From Candidatus Eremiobacteria bacterium (lineage in GTDB: Bacteria > Vulcanimicrobiota > Vulcanimicrobiia > Vulcanimicrobiales > Vulcanimicrobiaceae): a stretch of 64,000 nt of DNA. The notes beneath the pieces are model-generated. The model was not told the DNA's origin. It saw only the letters and a list, made by a program, of their open reading frames with translations, and made no database searches. Position numbers and translations under genes: made by a program. Location of the stretch: the NCBI GenBank assembly GCA_963737065.1, contig CAVTRC010000001.1, forward strand, positions 768,001-832,000, given 5' to 3'. How positions within the stretch are numbered: the first letter of the stretch is position 1; each line of letters begins with the position of its first letter. Of this stretch, positions 18,129 through 27,848 are shown one piece after another.

Positions 18129-18847
18129 GCGCGGGTCAACTCAAGAAAAACGTCCTGCAGACGCGCGCCGTCGGCAATCAGTGATTCCGTCGTCTGCTGC
18201 GTCACGATCCGGCCGTCACGAATGATCGCAATGGTTTTACACAGTTCTTCGGCTTCTTCCAAGTAATGCGTCGTCAAAAAGATCGTCAATCCGTCGCCGT
18301 TGAGATCGCGCAGCAGCTGCCACAGCTCGAGCCGCAATTCCACATCGACACCGGCGGTTGGTTCGTCGAGAATGACGAGCTTCGGTTCGTGAATCAACGC
18401 GCGCGCGAGCGTGAGCCGGCGCTTCATGCCGCCCGATAGACGCGTGTACTCGACTTTCGCTTTCGACGCAAGTCCAAAACGCTCCAGCAGCAGGTCGGCG
18501 CGTTCCTTGACGGCCGGACCGCGCAAGCCGAAGTAGCCCGCTTGAAAGACCAGCACATCGCGAATCGATAGGTACCGGTCGAAGTTATACTCCTGCGGGG
18601 CGAGCCCGATCAGCTGCCGCGCTTCGCGCCATTCCACGGCGTTGTCGTGCCCGAAGACGCGAATCGCGCCGGAATTCGGCTTCGCGAGTCCGACGACCGC
18701 GTTGATCGTCGTCGTCTTGCCGGCGCCGTTCGGCCCGAGAAAGCCGAAAAACTCGCCTTGCGCAACGCGCAGCGAGACGTCATTCACGGCGGTGAAATCA
18801 CCATAGCGTTTGACCAGGTGATCGATTTCGATCGCGGGGGCGAACAA
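18125..18847 (-). CDS. ABC transporter ATP-binding protein (YadG-like)
   Basis: GPNGAGKTT, LSGGMKRR, ILDEPTAGVD and TTHYLEEA. Confidence 0.93.
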   Translation of the reverse strand: MFAPAIEIDHLVKRYGDFTAVNDVSLRVAQGEFFGFLGPNGAGKTTTINAVVGLAKPNSGAIRVFGHDNAVEWREARQLIGLAPQEYNFDRYLSIRDVLVFQAGYFGLRGPAVKERADLLLERFGLASKAKVEYTRLSGGMKRRLTLARALIHEPKLVILDEPTAGVDVELRLELWQLLRDLNGDGLTIFLTTHYLEEAEELCKTIAIIRDGRIVTQQTTESLIADGARLQDVFLELTRA

Positions 18848-18863
18848 CGTTAGGGTAACTCCC

Positions 18864-19592
18864 TCACGGCACGTACCCTTTCAATCGTTTGTAGCGGTGG
18901 CGACGGAGCGTGGCAATCAGCTCTGTGCTTCCTGGAATCCCGCAACTCCCAAGTTGGGTTGCAACTTTCTTGACGTCAAACTCGACACGACGCTGTTTGA
19001 CTTCCCAACCACCCGAACGCTCCGTGAAAATCGTGTATCCGACGCGTGCGTCGCCATCCTTCGGTAACCCGGCCGATGCGACGTTTACGAGCACCTTTCC
19101 GCGCCAGCAACGCACGTAGGGCAGGTGCAAGTGTCCGAACGCGATGGTGCTCGCGCGCTCGCCGCCGATCAGCCGCGTAAGTGTCTCGTCGTCGGCGTCG
19201 GGCCACAGATGTTCGTCATCCGTCGTAGGATTCGCATGAACGATCAGCATTTGGTTATCGTCGTCGCCGATGCGCAGCGCAAAGGGAAGGTCCGCAAGCC
19301 AGCGCAGATACTTTTCGCCCAGATCGTGGCGCGTCCAGTCCAGTTGCGCATGTTCGAGCGTTTCGAACGTCTCGGTTCCCGGCGCGCCGAGATAACGGTC
19401 CGTATTCCCGCGAATGGCTTGTGCGCCGACTTCCTCCAGACGCTGGAGCACCTTCTTGGGCTTCGGTCCATCCAAGCAGAGATCGCCGGCGGCAACGATC
19501 GCATCGGCACCGCCTTGCGCGTGCAGATCCGCAAGACACGCGTCCAAACCAACGAGATTCCCGTGAATATCGGAAAGGACGGCGATTCGCAT
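18864..19592 (-). CDS. Metallophosphoesterase (calcineurin-like, YfcE/MJ0936 group)
   Basis: SDIHGN, GDL, RGNTD, VH and FGHLH motifs. Confidence 0.88.
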   Translation of the reverse strand: MRIAVLSDIHGNLVGLDACLADLHAQGGADAIVAAGDLCLDGPKPKKVLQRLEEVGAQAIRGNTDRYLGAPGTETFETLEHAQLDWTRHDLGEKYLRWLADLPFALRIGDDDNQMLIVHANPTTDDEHLWPDADDETLTRLIGGERASTIAFGHLHLPYVRCWRGKVLVNVASAGLPKDGDARVGYTIFTERSGGWEVKQRRVEFDVKKVATQLGSCGIPGSTELIATLRRHRYKRLKGYVP

Positions 19593-19601
19593 CGACGCGA
19601 A

Positions 19602-20441
19602 CTAATCGCGCTTGAGCGCGAGAACGAGATGCGACGGCGTGATGCCGATCTTCTCGAAATCGTAGAGATCGATGCCCTCGACCACGAGCCCGGCTTTGCG
19701 CATGCGTACAAGTGCCGTGCGGTACCTGACGTCGGCGATGACGTGACGCTCACCGAGGCAGATCACGCCGGCTGCCATTTCTTCGCCGAGATTGACCGTA
19801 ATAACGTTGAACCCGTTGAATGCCGACGGGTCCGCGCTATCCGGAGCGATGATCACCGTATCTTTCGCGACCGCGCTCACGACCGATTGCAGCGAACGCA
19901 CGCCGGCAGCGAGTTTGACCTCGACGGTACGATAGCCGTGCGCTTGCGCGACCGCAGTAAATCCCGCACGTCCCAGTGTATTCCCGCGCCCCGACATTCC
20001 GACGAACGCCGTTCCACCGGCCAGGATGACGTCGCCGCCGTCGAGCAACCCAGGCGCTGCGACATGGCCGGCAATCGGCACGTCGATGCGCGCGAATTCG
20101 GCTTCGATTCGGTCTGCTTCGCCGCGGCGGGACATCTCGGACGGGCGCATAATGATCGCGCCGTCCTCAAACGCAAGCGCTGCATCGATGACCGATGACT
20201 CGAAGGGATCTTCGCCACGCGGCTCGATTGCAATCGCATCGACGCCGAAATACTGGAGCGTTTTGCGCAGGACGTCGTGCTGCTCGAGCGCCCGCGAATA
20301 CACCGCTCCCGGCTCGCCGGGTAACGGCATGGCGCGCTCGATCGCCGGCGTCGGCCGCACGAGCGCCGCCGCACGAAGCTTGCCGGTCGGCGACCCGATC
20401 AAGCGGGGGCCGAGGTGTACATCCTTTGTGGTCATCGACAT
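19602..20441 (-). CDS. Dimethylarginine dimethylaminohydrolase/amidinotransferase-fold protein; catalytic residues apparently degenerate
   Basis: ALEQH, SRRGE, LDGGDV and DL.DFEK motifs; the protein lacks the C-terminal Cys motif and the LHL motif. Confidence 0.75.
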   Translation of the reverse strand: MSMTTKDVHLGPRLIGSPTGKLRAAALVRPTPAIERAMPLPGEPGAVYSRALEQHDVLRKTLQYFGVDAIAIEPRGEDPFESSVIDAALAFEDGAIIMRPSEMSRRGEADRIEAEFARIDVPIAGHVAAPGLLDGGDVILAGGTAFVGMSGRGNTLGRAGFTAVAQAHGYRTVEVKLAAGVRSLQSVVSAVAKDTVIIAPDSADPSAFNGFNVITVNLGEEMAAGVICLGERHVIADVRYRTALVRMRKAGLVVEGIDLYDFEKIGITPSHLVLALKRD

Positions 20442-20447
20442 CCTATG

Positions 20448-22829
20448 TTACGGGACAGCTTGGTATGGGTTCGGATACGGGACGTTCCCGAAAAAGTCCG
20501 CCATATCCGTCGCGAGCAGATCGCCGAGCGAGCTCGGCGGTAGACCGAGAAGCTCCTCTTCAGTTTTTACGACGCTCGCGTACGAAAGGTGGCGATGCCC
20601 GACATACCCCGTTTTTGCAAGCGGCGAGACGACGAGTGCGTACGTACGTGAACGATTCACGTGGTCGCGCGTTCCTTTAGCGCTTTCGGCAACGATAAAA
20701 ACTGCAGTCGACGACCAGTGCGGGGTATGCGACAGAAACGCCACGATCGTCCCGAGCGCTCGGTCGGCGTCCATCATGCCGCCACTCCCCGACGTCGGCA
20801 GCCAAACGTACGTAAAGGCAGGCTCGCGATCTGCTTGGACGAGCCTCGACATATCGCTGATGAATTCTTGCGCACGCGTCGTGTTCGGAATCAACTGGTT
20901 GGAGCCCGGATATGACAAATCGACGTTTCCGTTCAGAACCGCGAGCGCAGGGATGTCGAGGGTGTAGACGCCGCCGAGCCCGCTCATGTCCAAGGTTTCC
21001 GTTCGTCCATGAAGCTGCGGCGTCGCCGGTTGATACCCCGAGACGTTCAACAACGTGCCGTAATCGCGAAACGTCGCTCCGGCGCGGCGCAGCGCGTTGA
21101 AAAGATATCCGGCGCGCGGATAATCTTCGGGATCGGCGCCGTGCGCATCAAACGGTGATCGGCCCGCGTTCACCGGCAATGTGTGCTCGACGTACGCCGT
21201 GGTCATGCCCGAGAGCGCGAATTGCGTATTGACGTCAACGCTCATCGAATCGGCATAGAAATTATCCGCGATGCCGTACGTGCGCGCAAGCGAGTGCAGA
21301 TTCGGCGTCATTGACGCGTTGTACGTCACGTACGCGGGATTCGCATCACCGCGACCTAAATCGCCGAATACTCCATCGAATGTCCCGGTACCAACCGCGA
21401 TATAGAACACGTGATCGATCGCGTTGCTCTTACGATTCGAACGCAGCGGCGGCACGACGGCATCTGTGCGCGCGACGCTTACCGCGCGATTGTAACGCAG
21501 TGCCGCGAGCGTCGCAGTTTTCAACGGCAATCTCTTGAGATCGACCCGCTGCAATAGTCCCCAGCCGTCTACGCCGCGCGCACTCGTAACAAAAAGGAAT
21601 CGCCCGTCGCCCGAAAGCGCAAGCGCGGACGGCAGTGAACCGGTCGGAATGAGACCGAGACGATGGAGCGTCGCGGGCGTTCGCGCATCGAGAACGGCGA
21701 CCGCGTTCAGGCCGGCAAGCGCGACATACAGCCGCGTACCATCACTTGAGAGCACTTCCGCATCGGGTTGCGTGCCATACGGGGCGTTAACGAACAATCG
21801 CAAATCAAGTCCGCCTACGACGTGCGGCTGACCGGTGAGTTGCACGGTCGAAACGCGGTCGACATTTGCCAGCGATACGTAGCCGTAAGCGCCGTCGCGC
21901 CGCGTAACGAGTGCGCCCGGGTGCGCGCCGCCGACGGTGTCCATGCCGTCGGGTATCGGATCCATGCGAACGCTTCCGGGGTTGGCGTTGGCGACGATAT
22001 CGCCGCTCGCATCCAGAGGAACGAGCGACAATGAAGACGATCGCGTCGGACTGCCCGTAACGTTCGCAAAACGCGGCGCACGCGCCGGTTCGGAAAGCGC
22101 CGTGTACTCGTCGAGTCCGCCGTTCGCCACGAATACATTCCCGTCAGCCGTGCCCACACCGTACGGAGAGAACCCGACTTGCGCTGCATTGAGCACGCGA
22201 CGGTTCGCGATGTCGATCGCCGTGACCGTCCCGCCAAGATTCGAGGTGACGTACGCGATGCGGCCGTTCGCGGAAACCGCAATCTGCGCGGGGAATCCGG
22301 GAAGCGCAATCGTCGACTGCGCAGTGAGCCCACCATCTGCGCCGAGTTGAAACACGCGCACGGCGTTGTTTGCGCCGTCAGAGGCGAGGACGATCGTCGA
22401 ACCGGGGCTCGCCGGGTCGCGCAATGCCACGACACCGGAGAACAAGGAAAGGCCAGAGGCTTGATAGACGCTCGCAATGCGCATCGTGCGCGCATCGACG
22501 ACCGTCAACGAAAATCCGGCGCGCACTTGGGTGGCGTTTGTCGGCGGTGGTGCGGCAAGCGTCGCGTCTTGTTCGTCGTTGCTTACGATCACGAATCGCC
22601 CGTCGGGCGTTACCGCAACGCCGAACGGATTTGTCCCGACGAAGATCGAGGTGCCGATCGGCGCGGCGGTACGCCCATTCGGAAGCACCGCGTCCGTTGG
22701 TTCGAGGCGCGACGCACCGGCTGGACGGTCGCCTGCAGGCGCCGAATACATAGTCAGCGGGGCTGGGCGCGGGGCAGCGCCTAACAAAACGGCGGCCATC
22801 GCCGCCGCTAAGGGTCCTCGAAACTTCAC
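20448..22829 (-). CDS. Secreted YncE-type beta-propeller fused to an alkaline-phosphatase/phosphoesterase-like domain (degenerate)
   Basis: Signal peptide, LPNGR, YVTN-like repeats, G.IPTG..P, HVFYI, TPNLH.LA, DNFY, SHTPHW.STA and E.LLGLPP. Confidence 0.8.
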   Translation of the reverse strand: MKFRGPLAAAMAAVLLGAAPRPAPLTMYSAPAGDRPAGASRLEPTDAVLPNGRTAAPIGTSIFVGTNPFGVAVTPDGRFVIVSNDEQDATLAAPPPTNATQVRAGFSLTVVDARTMRIASVYQASGLSLFSGVVALRDPASPGSTIVLASDGANNAVRVFQLGADGGLTAQSTIALPGFPAQIAVSANGRIAYVTSNLGGTVTAIDIANRRVLNAAQVGFSPYGVGTADGNVFVANGGLDEYTALSEPARAPRFANVTGSPTRSSSLSLVPLDASGDIVANANPGSVRMDPIPDGMDTVGGAHPGALVTRRDGAYGYVSLANVDRVSTVQLTGQPHVVGGLDLRLFVNAPYGTQPDAEVLSSDGTRLYVALAGLNAVAVLDARTPATLHRLGLIPTGSLPSALALSGDGRFLFVTSARGVDGWGLLQRVDLKRLPLKTATLAALRYNRAVSVARTDAVVPPLRSNRKSNAIDHVFYIAVGTGTFDGVFGDLGRGDANPAYVTYNASMTPNLHSLARTYGIADNFYADSMSVDVNTQFALSGMTTAYVEHTLPVNAGRSPFDAHGADPEDYPRAGYLFNALRRAGATFRDYGTLLNVSGYQPATPQLHGRTETLDMSGLGGVYTLDIPALAVLNGNVDLSYPGSNQLIPNTTRAQEFISDMSRLVQADREPAFTYVWLPTSGSGGMMDADRALGTIVAFLSHTPHWSSTAVFIVAESAKGTRDHVNRSRTYALVVSPLAKTGYVGHRHLSYASVVKTEEELLGLPPSSLGDLLATDMADFFGNVPYPNPYQAVP

Positions 22830-22887
22830 TGATCTAGGCTACTCACGCGGATGGCAGCAGACCTGCCCGTCGCTAATCGCATCGTAA

Positions 22888-24393
22888 CTAGATCGCCGAG
22901 AGCGCGCGCCCCAGCCGTTCAATCGCTTCGCGCGCTGTCGCTTCATCCAAATGGCCGAATGAAAGGCGCAGCGCGGGCGGACCGCTGCGCGTCGGATAAA
23001 ACGGCTCCGCGGGCATCACGAGGACGCCTTCGCGAGCGCATGCATCAAATGCGGCCTGCGTCGAAATGCGCGGCGGCAGCGGGAACCAAACGTTCACGCC
23101 CGCCGCCGGCGATCGTACTTCGGTCCACGGAAGCGTCTCGCTCAACGCCTCGATGAACGCGTCGCGACGGTCGCGATAGAGCGCGCGCGCCGAACGCAAA
23201 TGGCGGTTGTACGCGGGTGAGGTCATAAAACGAAAGAGCGCGCGCTGCGTCAACGTCGACGTAAAGACGTCTGCGCGAACTTTTGCAACCTCGAGCGCTT
23301 CAGCGATCGAACCCTTCGCATACAGATATCCGATACGCAGCGCGGGAAAAATAGACTTCGAAAGACTTTCCATCAAGATCACTCGTCCGTCGGTATCGAA
23401 GGACGCAATCGGTGGCGGCGCCGCCGCATCGTACGTGAGTTGCCATCCGGTTTGATCTTCGAGAATAACGACGTCGTAACGCCGCGCAAGCGCGGCGATG
23501 TGTTTCGCACGGCGCTGCGGTAACACTGCGCCGGTCGGGTTCTGCGCGATCGGATTGACATAAAACAAACGCGGGCGATATTCCGCGAAGACCCGTTCAA
23601 CATCGTCAACGCGCACGCCGTCGATATCGCTGCGCACTTCCACGTATGTGACGCCGCGCGCGTCGAATACGCCGAGCGTTCCGGAATACGTCGGGCTTTC
23701 GCTCGCAACGACGGTTCGCTCGTCGAGAAGCACCGTTGCCACGAGATCCGCCGCTTGCTGCGCGCCGCTGCACACGATGATGTCGCGCGCTTCCGCCGGG
23801 CAGCCGCGGTTGCACAACAGCGACGCGAGCGCCTCGCACAAGTCGGTGTCGCCGGTCGACGATCGGTACTGCATCGCTTCGGCAGGATCGTCGACGAGTG
23901 TCCGGTGAAACGCGCGGCCAAAATCGTGCAGCGGAAACGTTTCCGGAGCGGGATGCCCGGTCGCGAGCGTGATCGCGCCGGGCGCGGTCGCGCGCGTCAG
24001 CTGCTCCATCACGCCTTCGAGCCGCTGAGCTCGCGCAAAACGGCCAACGTCGGGCTCCCACCGGCGCGCGAACGGGGCCGCGATATCGGCGGGCGGCGCA
24101 ACGAACGTCCCTTTTCCGACCCGCGAAATGACGCGTCCTCGAGCCGCAAGTAATTCATACGCTTGCGATACGGTGACCAGCGCGCAACTCAACTGACGTG
24201 CGAGATCGCGCATTGCGGGCAACCGCGCACCCGCGGGAAGACGATCCGATTCGATCGCTTCGACGAGTTGATCCGCCAGCTGAACGTACAACGGACGCGC
24301 ATCCGCCGGCTCGAGTCGAAACGCTAAAGCTTCGTTATCGTTTGTCGAGGCGATAGCCGATCCCGCGGACGGACGAGATTTCCAGTGGCGCAT
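22888..24393 (-). CDS. MocR/GabR family regulator (GntR HTH plus PLP aminotransferase-like domain)
   Basis: PLYVQLA, LPAMRDLA, TVSQAY, GKGTFV, QNPTG and SLSK...LRIG; start uncertain (ATG 24393 or ATC 24354). Confidence 0.9.
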   Translation of the reverse strand: MRHWKSRPSAGSAIASTNDNEALAFRLEPADARPLYVQLADQLVEAIESDRLPAGARLPAMRDLARQLSCALVTVSQAYELLAARGRVISRVGKGTFVAPPADIAAPFARRWEPDVGRFARAQRLEGVMEQLTRATAPGAITLATGHPAPETFPLHDFGRAFHRTLVDDPAEAMQYRSSTGDTDLCEALASLLCNRGCPAEARDIIVCSGAQQAADLVATVLLDERTVVASESPTYSGTLGVFDARGVTYVEVRSDIDGVRVDDVERVFAEYRPRLFYVNPIAQNPTGAVLPQRRAKHIAALARRYDVVILEDQTGWQLTYDAAAPPPIASFDTDGRVILMESLSKSIFPALRIGYLYAKGSIAEALEVAKVRADVFTSTLTQRALFRFMTSPAYNRHLRSARALYRDRRDAFIEALSETLPWTEVRSPAAGVNVWFPLPPRISTQAAFDACAREGVLVMPAEPFYPTRSGPPALRLSFGHLDEATAREAIERLGRALSAI

Positions 24394-25027
24394 TGATCTC
24401 GATCAGCTTCTTCCGCAGTGCCGCTACGTGGACGTCGACGACGCGGGTTGGTACGCCCGACGTGTCGTTCCACACCTGCTCGAGAATCTGCGCGCGAGTC
24501 AGCAGCCGGCCTTCCGCCTCACCGAGGAACCAGAGCAGCCGGAATTCGAGCGCCGTGAGCGAGACCGTCTCGCCGTCGTTTTGCAACGTATGAAAATCCC
24601 GGTCGAGCTGCGCGCTTCCCAGATTGAGAATGTTCGCGCCTTCTTTTTTTTGCGCGAATTTTTCTCGCCGGCGCAAGAATGAGGCGACCCGAGCGACGAG
24701 CTCGTTGCCCGAAAACGGCTTCGTAATGTAATCGTCCGCGCCGAGGCCGAGGCCGAGCAGAATATCCTGTTCGCGCGAGTGCCCGCTCACCATCAGAATG
24801 AACGCGTTGTTGGAGTTTGACAGCGAGGTGCAGACGTCGAGACCCGAGATATCCGGCAGGCCGACATCGAGAATAACGACGTCCGGCTTGTAATTGTCGG
24901 CGAGTTCGAGGCCTTCCGCGCCGCTCGGCGTGACGCGGACCTCGTAGCCGGCCCGTTCGAGGACGGTTTGCTCTAAACGGGCGACGTCGTCGTCGTCCTC
25001 GATGACCAACATGCGGGCTAGCGCCAT
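24335..25027 (-). CDS. OmpR/PhoB family response regulator
   Basis: VIEDD, ILDVGLP, GADDYITKPF, LTALEFRLL and VDVHVAALRKK. Confidence 0.93.
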   Translation of the reverse strand: MALARMLVIEDDDDVARLEQTVLERAGYEVRVTPSGAEGLELADNYKPDVVILDVGLPDISGLDVCTSLSNSNNAFILMVSGHSREQDILLGLGLGADDYITKPFSGNELVARVASFLRRREKFAQKKEGANILNLGSAQLDRDFHTLQNDGETVSLTALEFRLLWFLGEAEGRLLTRAQILEQVWNDTSGVPTRVVDVHVAALRKKLIEINAPLEISSVRGIGYRLDKR

Positions 25028-25066
25028 ACCAAACTCGGCTCCTTGCACAAGCGAAACCCCAAAGGG

Positions 25067-26509
25067 CTACACCCTGGTATCGATTTCTTCTTCCTCGTTC
25101 TTTACACTCGAACGCCGAGCGACGCCTTCGTCCACCGCGGCGTTCGCGACCGCTTTCGCGACCGCATCCACGACGCGCGGATCGAACACGCTCGGGATGA
25201 TGTACTCCGAGCTCCGCTCGTCATCGGTCACGATTGAGGCGATCGCGTATGCCGCAGCGATTTTCATTCGCTCGGTAATTCGGCTGGCCCGCACGTCCAG
25301 TGCCCCGCGGAAGATGCCTGGAAAAGCGAGCAGATTGTTGACCTGGTTTGGAAAATCCGAGCGCCCGGTGGCGACGACCGTCGCGACGGGGGCGGCCGCG
25401 TCCGGCATGATCTCCGGCGTCGGATTTGCCATAGCGAAGATGATCGGATCGCGCCCCATCGCCGCGATCGCCTCGGGCTGCAGGATGCCCGGCGCGGACA
25501 CGCCGATAAAAACGTCGCTCCCCGCAAGCACTTGCGGAAGCGAGCCGTGCCGGTTCTCCCGGTTCGTGTGCTCAGCGAGCCAGCGCCAATGCGGATTCTC
25601 ATACCGGTCGTCGCGATTGAGCGCACCGTTGCGATCGACCGGGATAACGTCGCGCACACCGGCCTCGAGCAGCATCTTGATCGTTGCCGTTCCGGCCGCG
25701 CCGCTGCCGGAGACGACGACTTGCAGCTCGCGTAGATCTTTGTTCACCACCCGTGCGGCGTTGATCAATGCCGCAAGAATGACGACGGCGGTGCCGTGCT
25801 GATCGTCGTGCATGACCGGAATGTCGAGACGTTCGATCAAACGCTGCTCGACCTCGAAGCAACGCGGCGCGGAGATGTCTTCAAGGTTGATTCCACCGAA
25901 AACGGGGGCGATGCGTACAACGGTATCGACGATTTCGTCAACGTCCTTCGTATCCAGACAAATCGGAAAGGCGTCGATGTTCGCAAACTGCTTGAAGAGC
26001 ATCGCTTTTCCTTCCATTACCGGAAGCGCACCGAGCGGACCGATGTCGCCAAGACCTAAAACGGCCGTGCCGTCGGAGACGACGGCGACCGTGTTGCGTT
26101 TGATTGAAAGTTGGAACGCTTTTGCGGGGTCGGCGGCGATCGCCATCGAAACGCGCGCCACTCCCGGCGTGTACACCGTCGAAAGGTCCTTGCGAGTCTT
26201 TACCGGGACCTTCGGCTCGACTTGAATCTTCCCGCCGAGGTGGGCGAGAAACGTAGAGTCGGAAATCGAGACGATAGAAAACCCCGCAAGGCGTTCGATC
26301 GCCTTGCGCACTTCGGTTGCGATTACGTCGGAGCTGACGTTGATCGTCACATCACGCACGACTCGCGTTTTCGAAACCGATCGCATGTCGACGGCCGCAA
26401 CGTCGCCGCCCGCATCGCCGATCGCATTCGCAAGGACGCCGAACGCGCCATTTTCGTTCGGCATCTCGATCCGCATGATGAGCGTAAAACTGATCGCAAC
26501 AGTTGCCAT
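25067..26509 (-). CDS. NAD(P)-dependent malic enzyme with N-terminal ACT domain
   Basis: YTPGVA, DGTAVLGLG, VMEGK, INLEDI, HDDQHGTA and ANPTPE. Confidence 0.93.
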   Translation of the reverse strand: MATVAISFTLIMRIEMPNENGAFGVLANAIGDAGGDVAAVDMRSVSKTRVVRDVTINVSSDVIATEVRKAIERLAGFSIVSISDSTFLAHLGGKIQVEPKVPVKTRKDLSTVYTPGVARVSMAIAADPAKAFQLSIKRNTVAVVSDGTAVLGLGDIGPLGALPVMEGKAMLFKQFANIDAFPICLDTKDVDEIVDTVVRIAPVFGGINLEDISAPRCFEVEQRLIERLDIPVMHDDQHGTAVVILAALINAARVVNKDLRELQVVVSGSGAAGTATIKMLLEAGVRDVIPVDRNGALNRDDRYENPHWRWLAEHTNRENRHGSLPQVLAGSDVFIGVSAPGILQPEAIAAMGRDPIIFAMANPTPEIMPDAAAPVATVVATGRSDFPNQVNNLLAFPGIFRGALDVRASRITERMKIAAAYAIASIVTDDERSSEYIIPSVFDPRVVDAVAKAVANAAVDEGVARRSSVKNEEEEIDTRV

Positions 26510-26516
26510 GAAATAC

Positions 26517-27848
26517 CTAGCTCCCGCTGATGGTCATCTCCGCCACGCGAAACGACGGGGACACCACCGAAGAATCGAATCGTAAGTCGCTTGCAACCGC
26601 ATCGATAGCGGCGAGCATTTCCGCAAAATTTCCTGCAACGGTGAATTCGTCGATCGGATAGCTTAGCTCCCCGTTTTCGATCATAAAGCCGCGTGCTCCG
26701 CGGCTATAGTTTCCGGTTGCGTGCTCGGTGGCAAAACCGATCGTATCGAGCACCAGCACGCCGCGCGGCGTCGAGGCAATCAGTTCTTCGAACGTTTGCG
26801 CTCCGGGCTCGAGATAAAAGTTGTTTGGCCCGATCCCGCCGCCGGTCGAATTGCCGGTGGTTTTCGCGCCGAGCCGTCGCGCGTAATACGTATCGAACAA
26901 GAACGATCGCAGCGTACCACGTTCGAACACCGGGGTCCGGCGCGTTGCGACGCCTTCACCGTCGAAGGGCGAACTCCCCAACTTCTCCGGCAGCGTACCA
27001 TCGTCGATGATCGTGACGAACTCGCTGCCCAGGCGTTCGTCCAAACGCTCCGCAAGCCAGGAATTTCCGATGGCGACGTTCCCGCCGTTCACCGCGGAGA
27101 ACAGATCGTCCAACACCGCGGCCGCAACGTCGCGTTCGAAGACGACCGGTAACCGCGCCGTTTGCGGTTTGCGCGCACCGAAAAGCTCCACCGCACGCCG
27201 CGCGGCGATGCGGCTCACCGTCGCCGTCGACTCCAGCTCGCGCAAGAATCGTCCTGCGGTACCGTAGTGTCCCGTTCGCTTCACGCCGTCATGCTGCGCG
27301 ACGGGCGCGCTCGAGAGCGAAGCGCGCGTCGCCGTGTAGGCAGCCGAAAACCCGGACGAATTCGCGAGCGCCGTGATCGACGCCGCGTCATTGTAGTGCG
27401 AACCGCTCGAATTCACGACGCGCGCGTCGGCATCGCGAATCATGCTTTCGAGGGCAAGAACGTCGTCGACTTTCAAGGCATCCTCGCGCTGCGCGATCGC
27501 TTGATCGAACAGTCGAAGCTCCCCGCCGAACTGGGAGCACGCTTCCGGCAGCGTCGCGAGCGGATCAGTTGCTACTTCGCGCGCCTGCTCGACTGCCTGT
27601 CGCAACACACGGCGTACGCTGTCGCGCGTCAGGTCCGAGGTCGAGACGGTGACGCGGCGGCCATCAACAAAGAGGCGAACGTGCAGTGTTGCGCCCGTCG
27701 ACTGTTCCAGTTTGCTGATCGTTTTCTCGCGGGCTTCGACGTGGAAGCGGCGCGCTTGCGAGAGCGTCGCTTCCGCGGCGCCCGCGCCGGCCTGCGTTGC
27801 CGCCGTGACCGCGTCGGCCGCAAGTTCGAGCGCTTCACGCTCCGTCAT
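26517..27848 (-). CDS. pmbA: TldE/PmbA family protein
   Basis: PFDGEG, GNYSRGARG and AGN motifs, no HExxH; paired with tldD. Confidence 0.9.
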   Translation of the reverse strand: MTEREALELAADAVTAATQAGAGAAEATLSQARRFHVEAREKTISKLEQSTGATLHVRLFVDGRRVTVSTSDLTRDSVRRVLRQAVEQAREVATDPLATLPEACSQFGGELRLFDQAIAQREDALKVDDVLALESMIRDADARVVNSSGSHYNDAASITALANSSGFSAAYTATRASLSSAPVAQHDGVKRTGHYGTAGRFLRELESTATVSRIAARRAVELFGARKPQTARLPVVFERDVAAAVLDDLFSAVNGGNVAIGNSWLAERLDERLGSEFVTIIDDGTLPEKLGSSPFDGEGVATRRTPVFERGTLRSFLFDTYYARRLGAKTTGNSTGGGIGPNNFYLEPGAQTFEELIASTPRGVLVLDTIGFATEHATGNYSRGARGFMIENGELSYPIDEFTVAGNFAEMLAAIDAVASDLRFDSSVVSPSFRVAEMTISGS

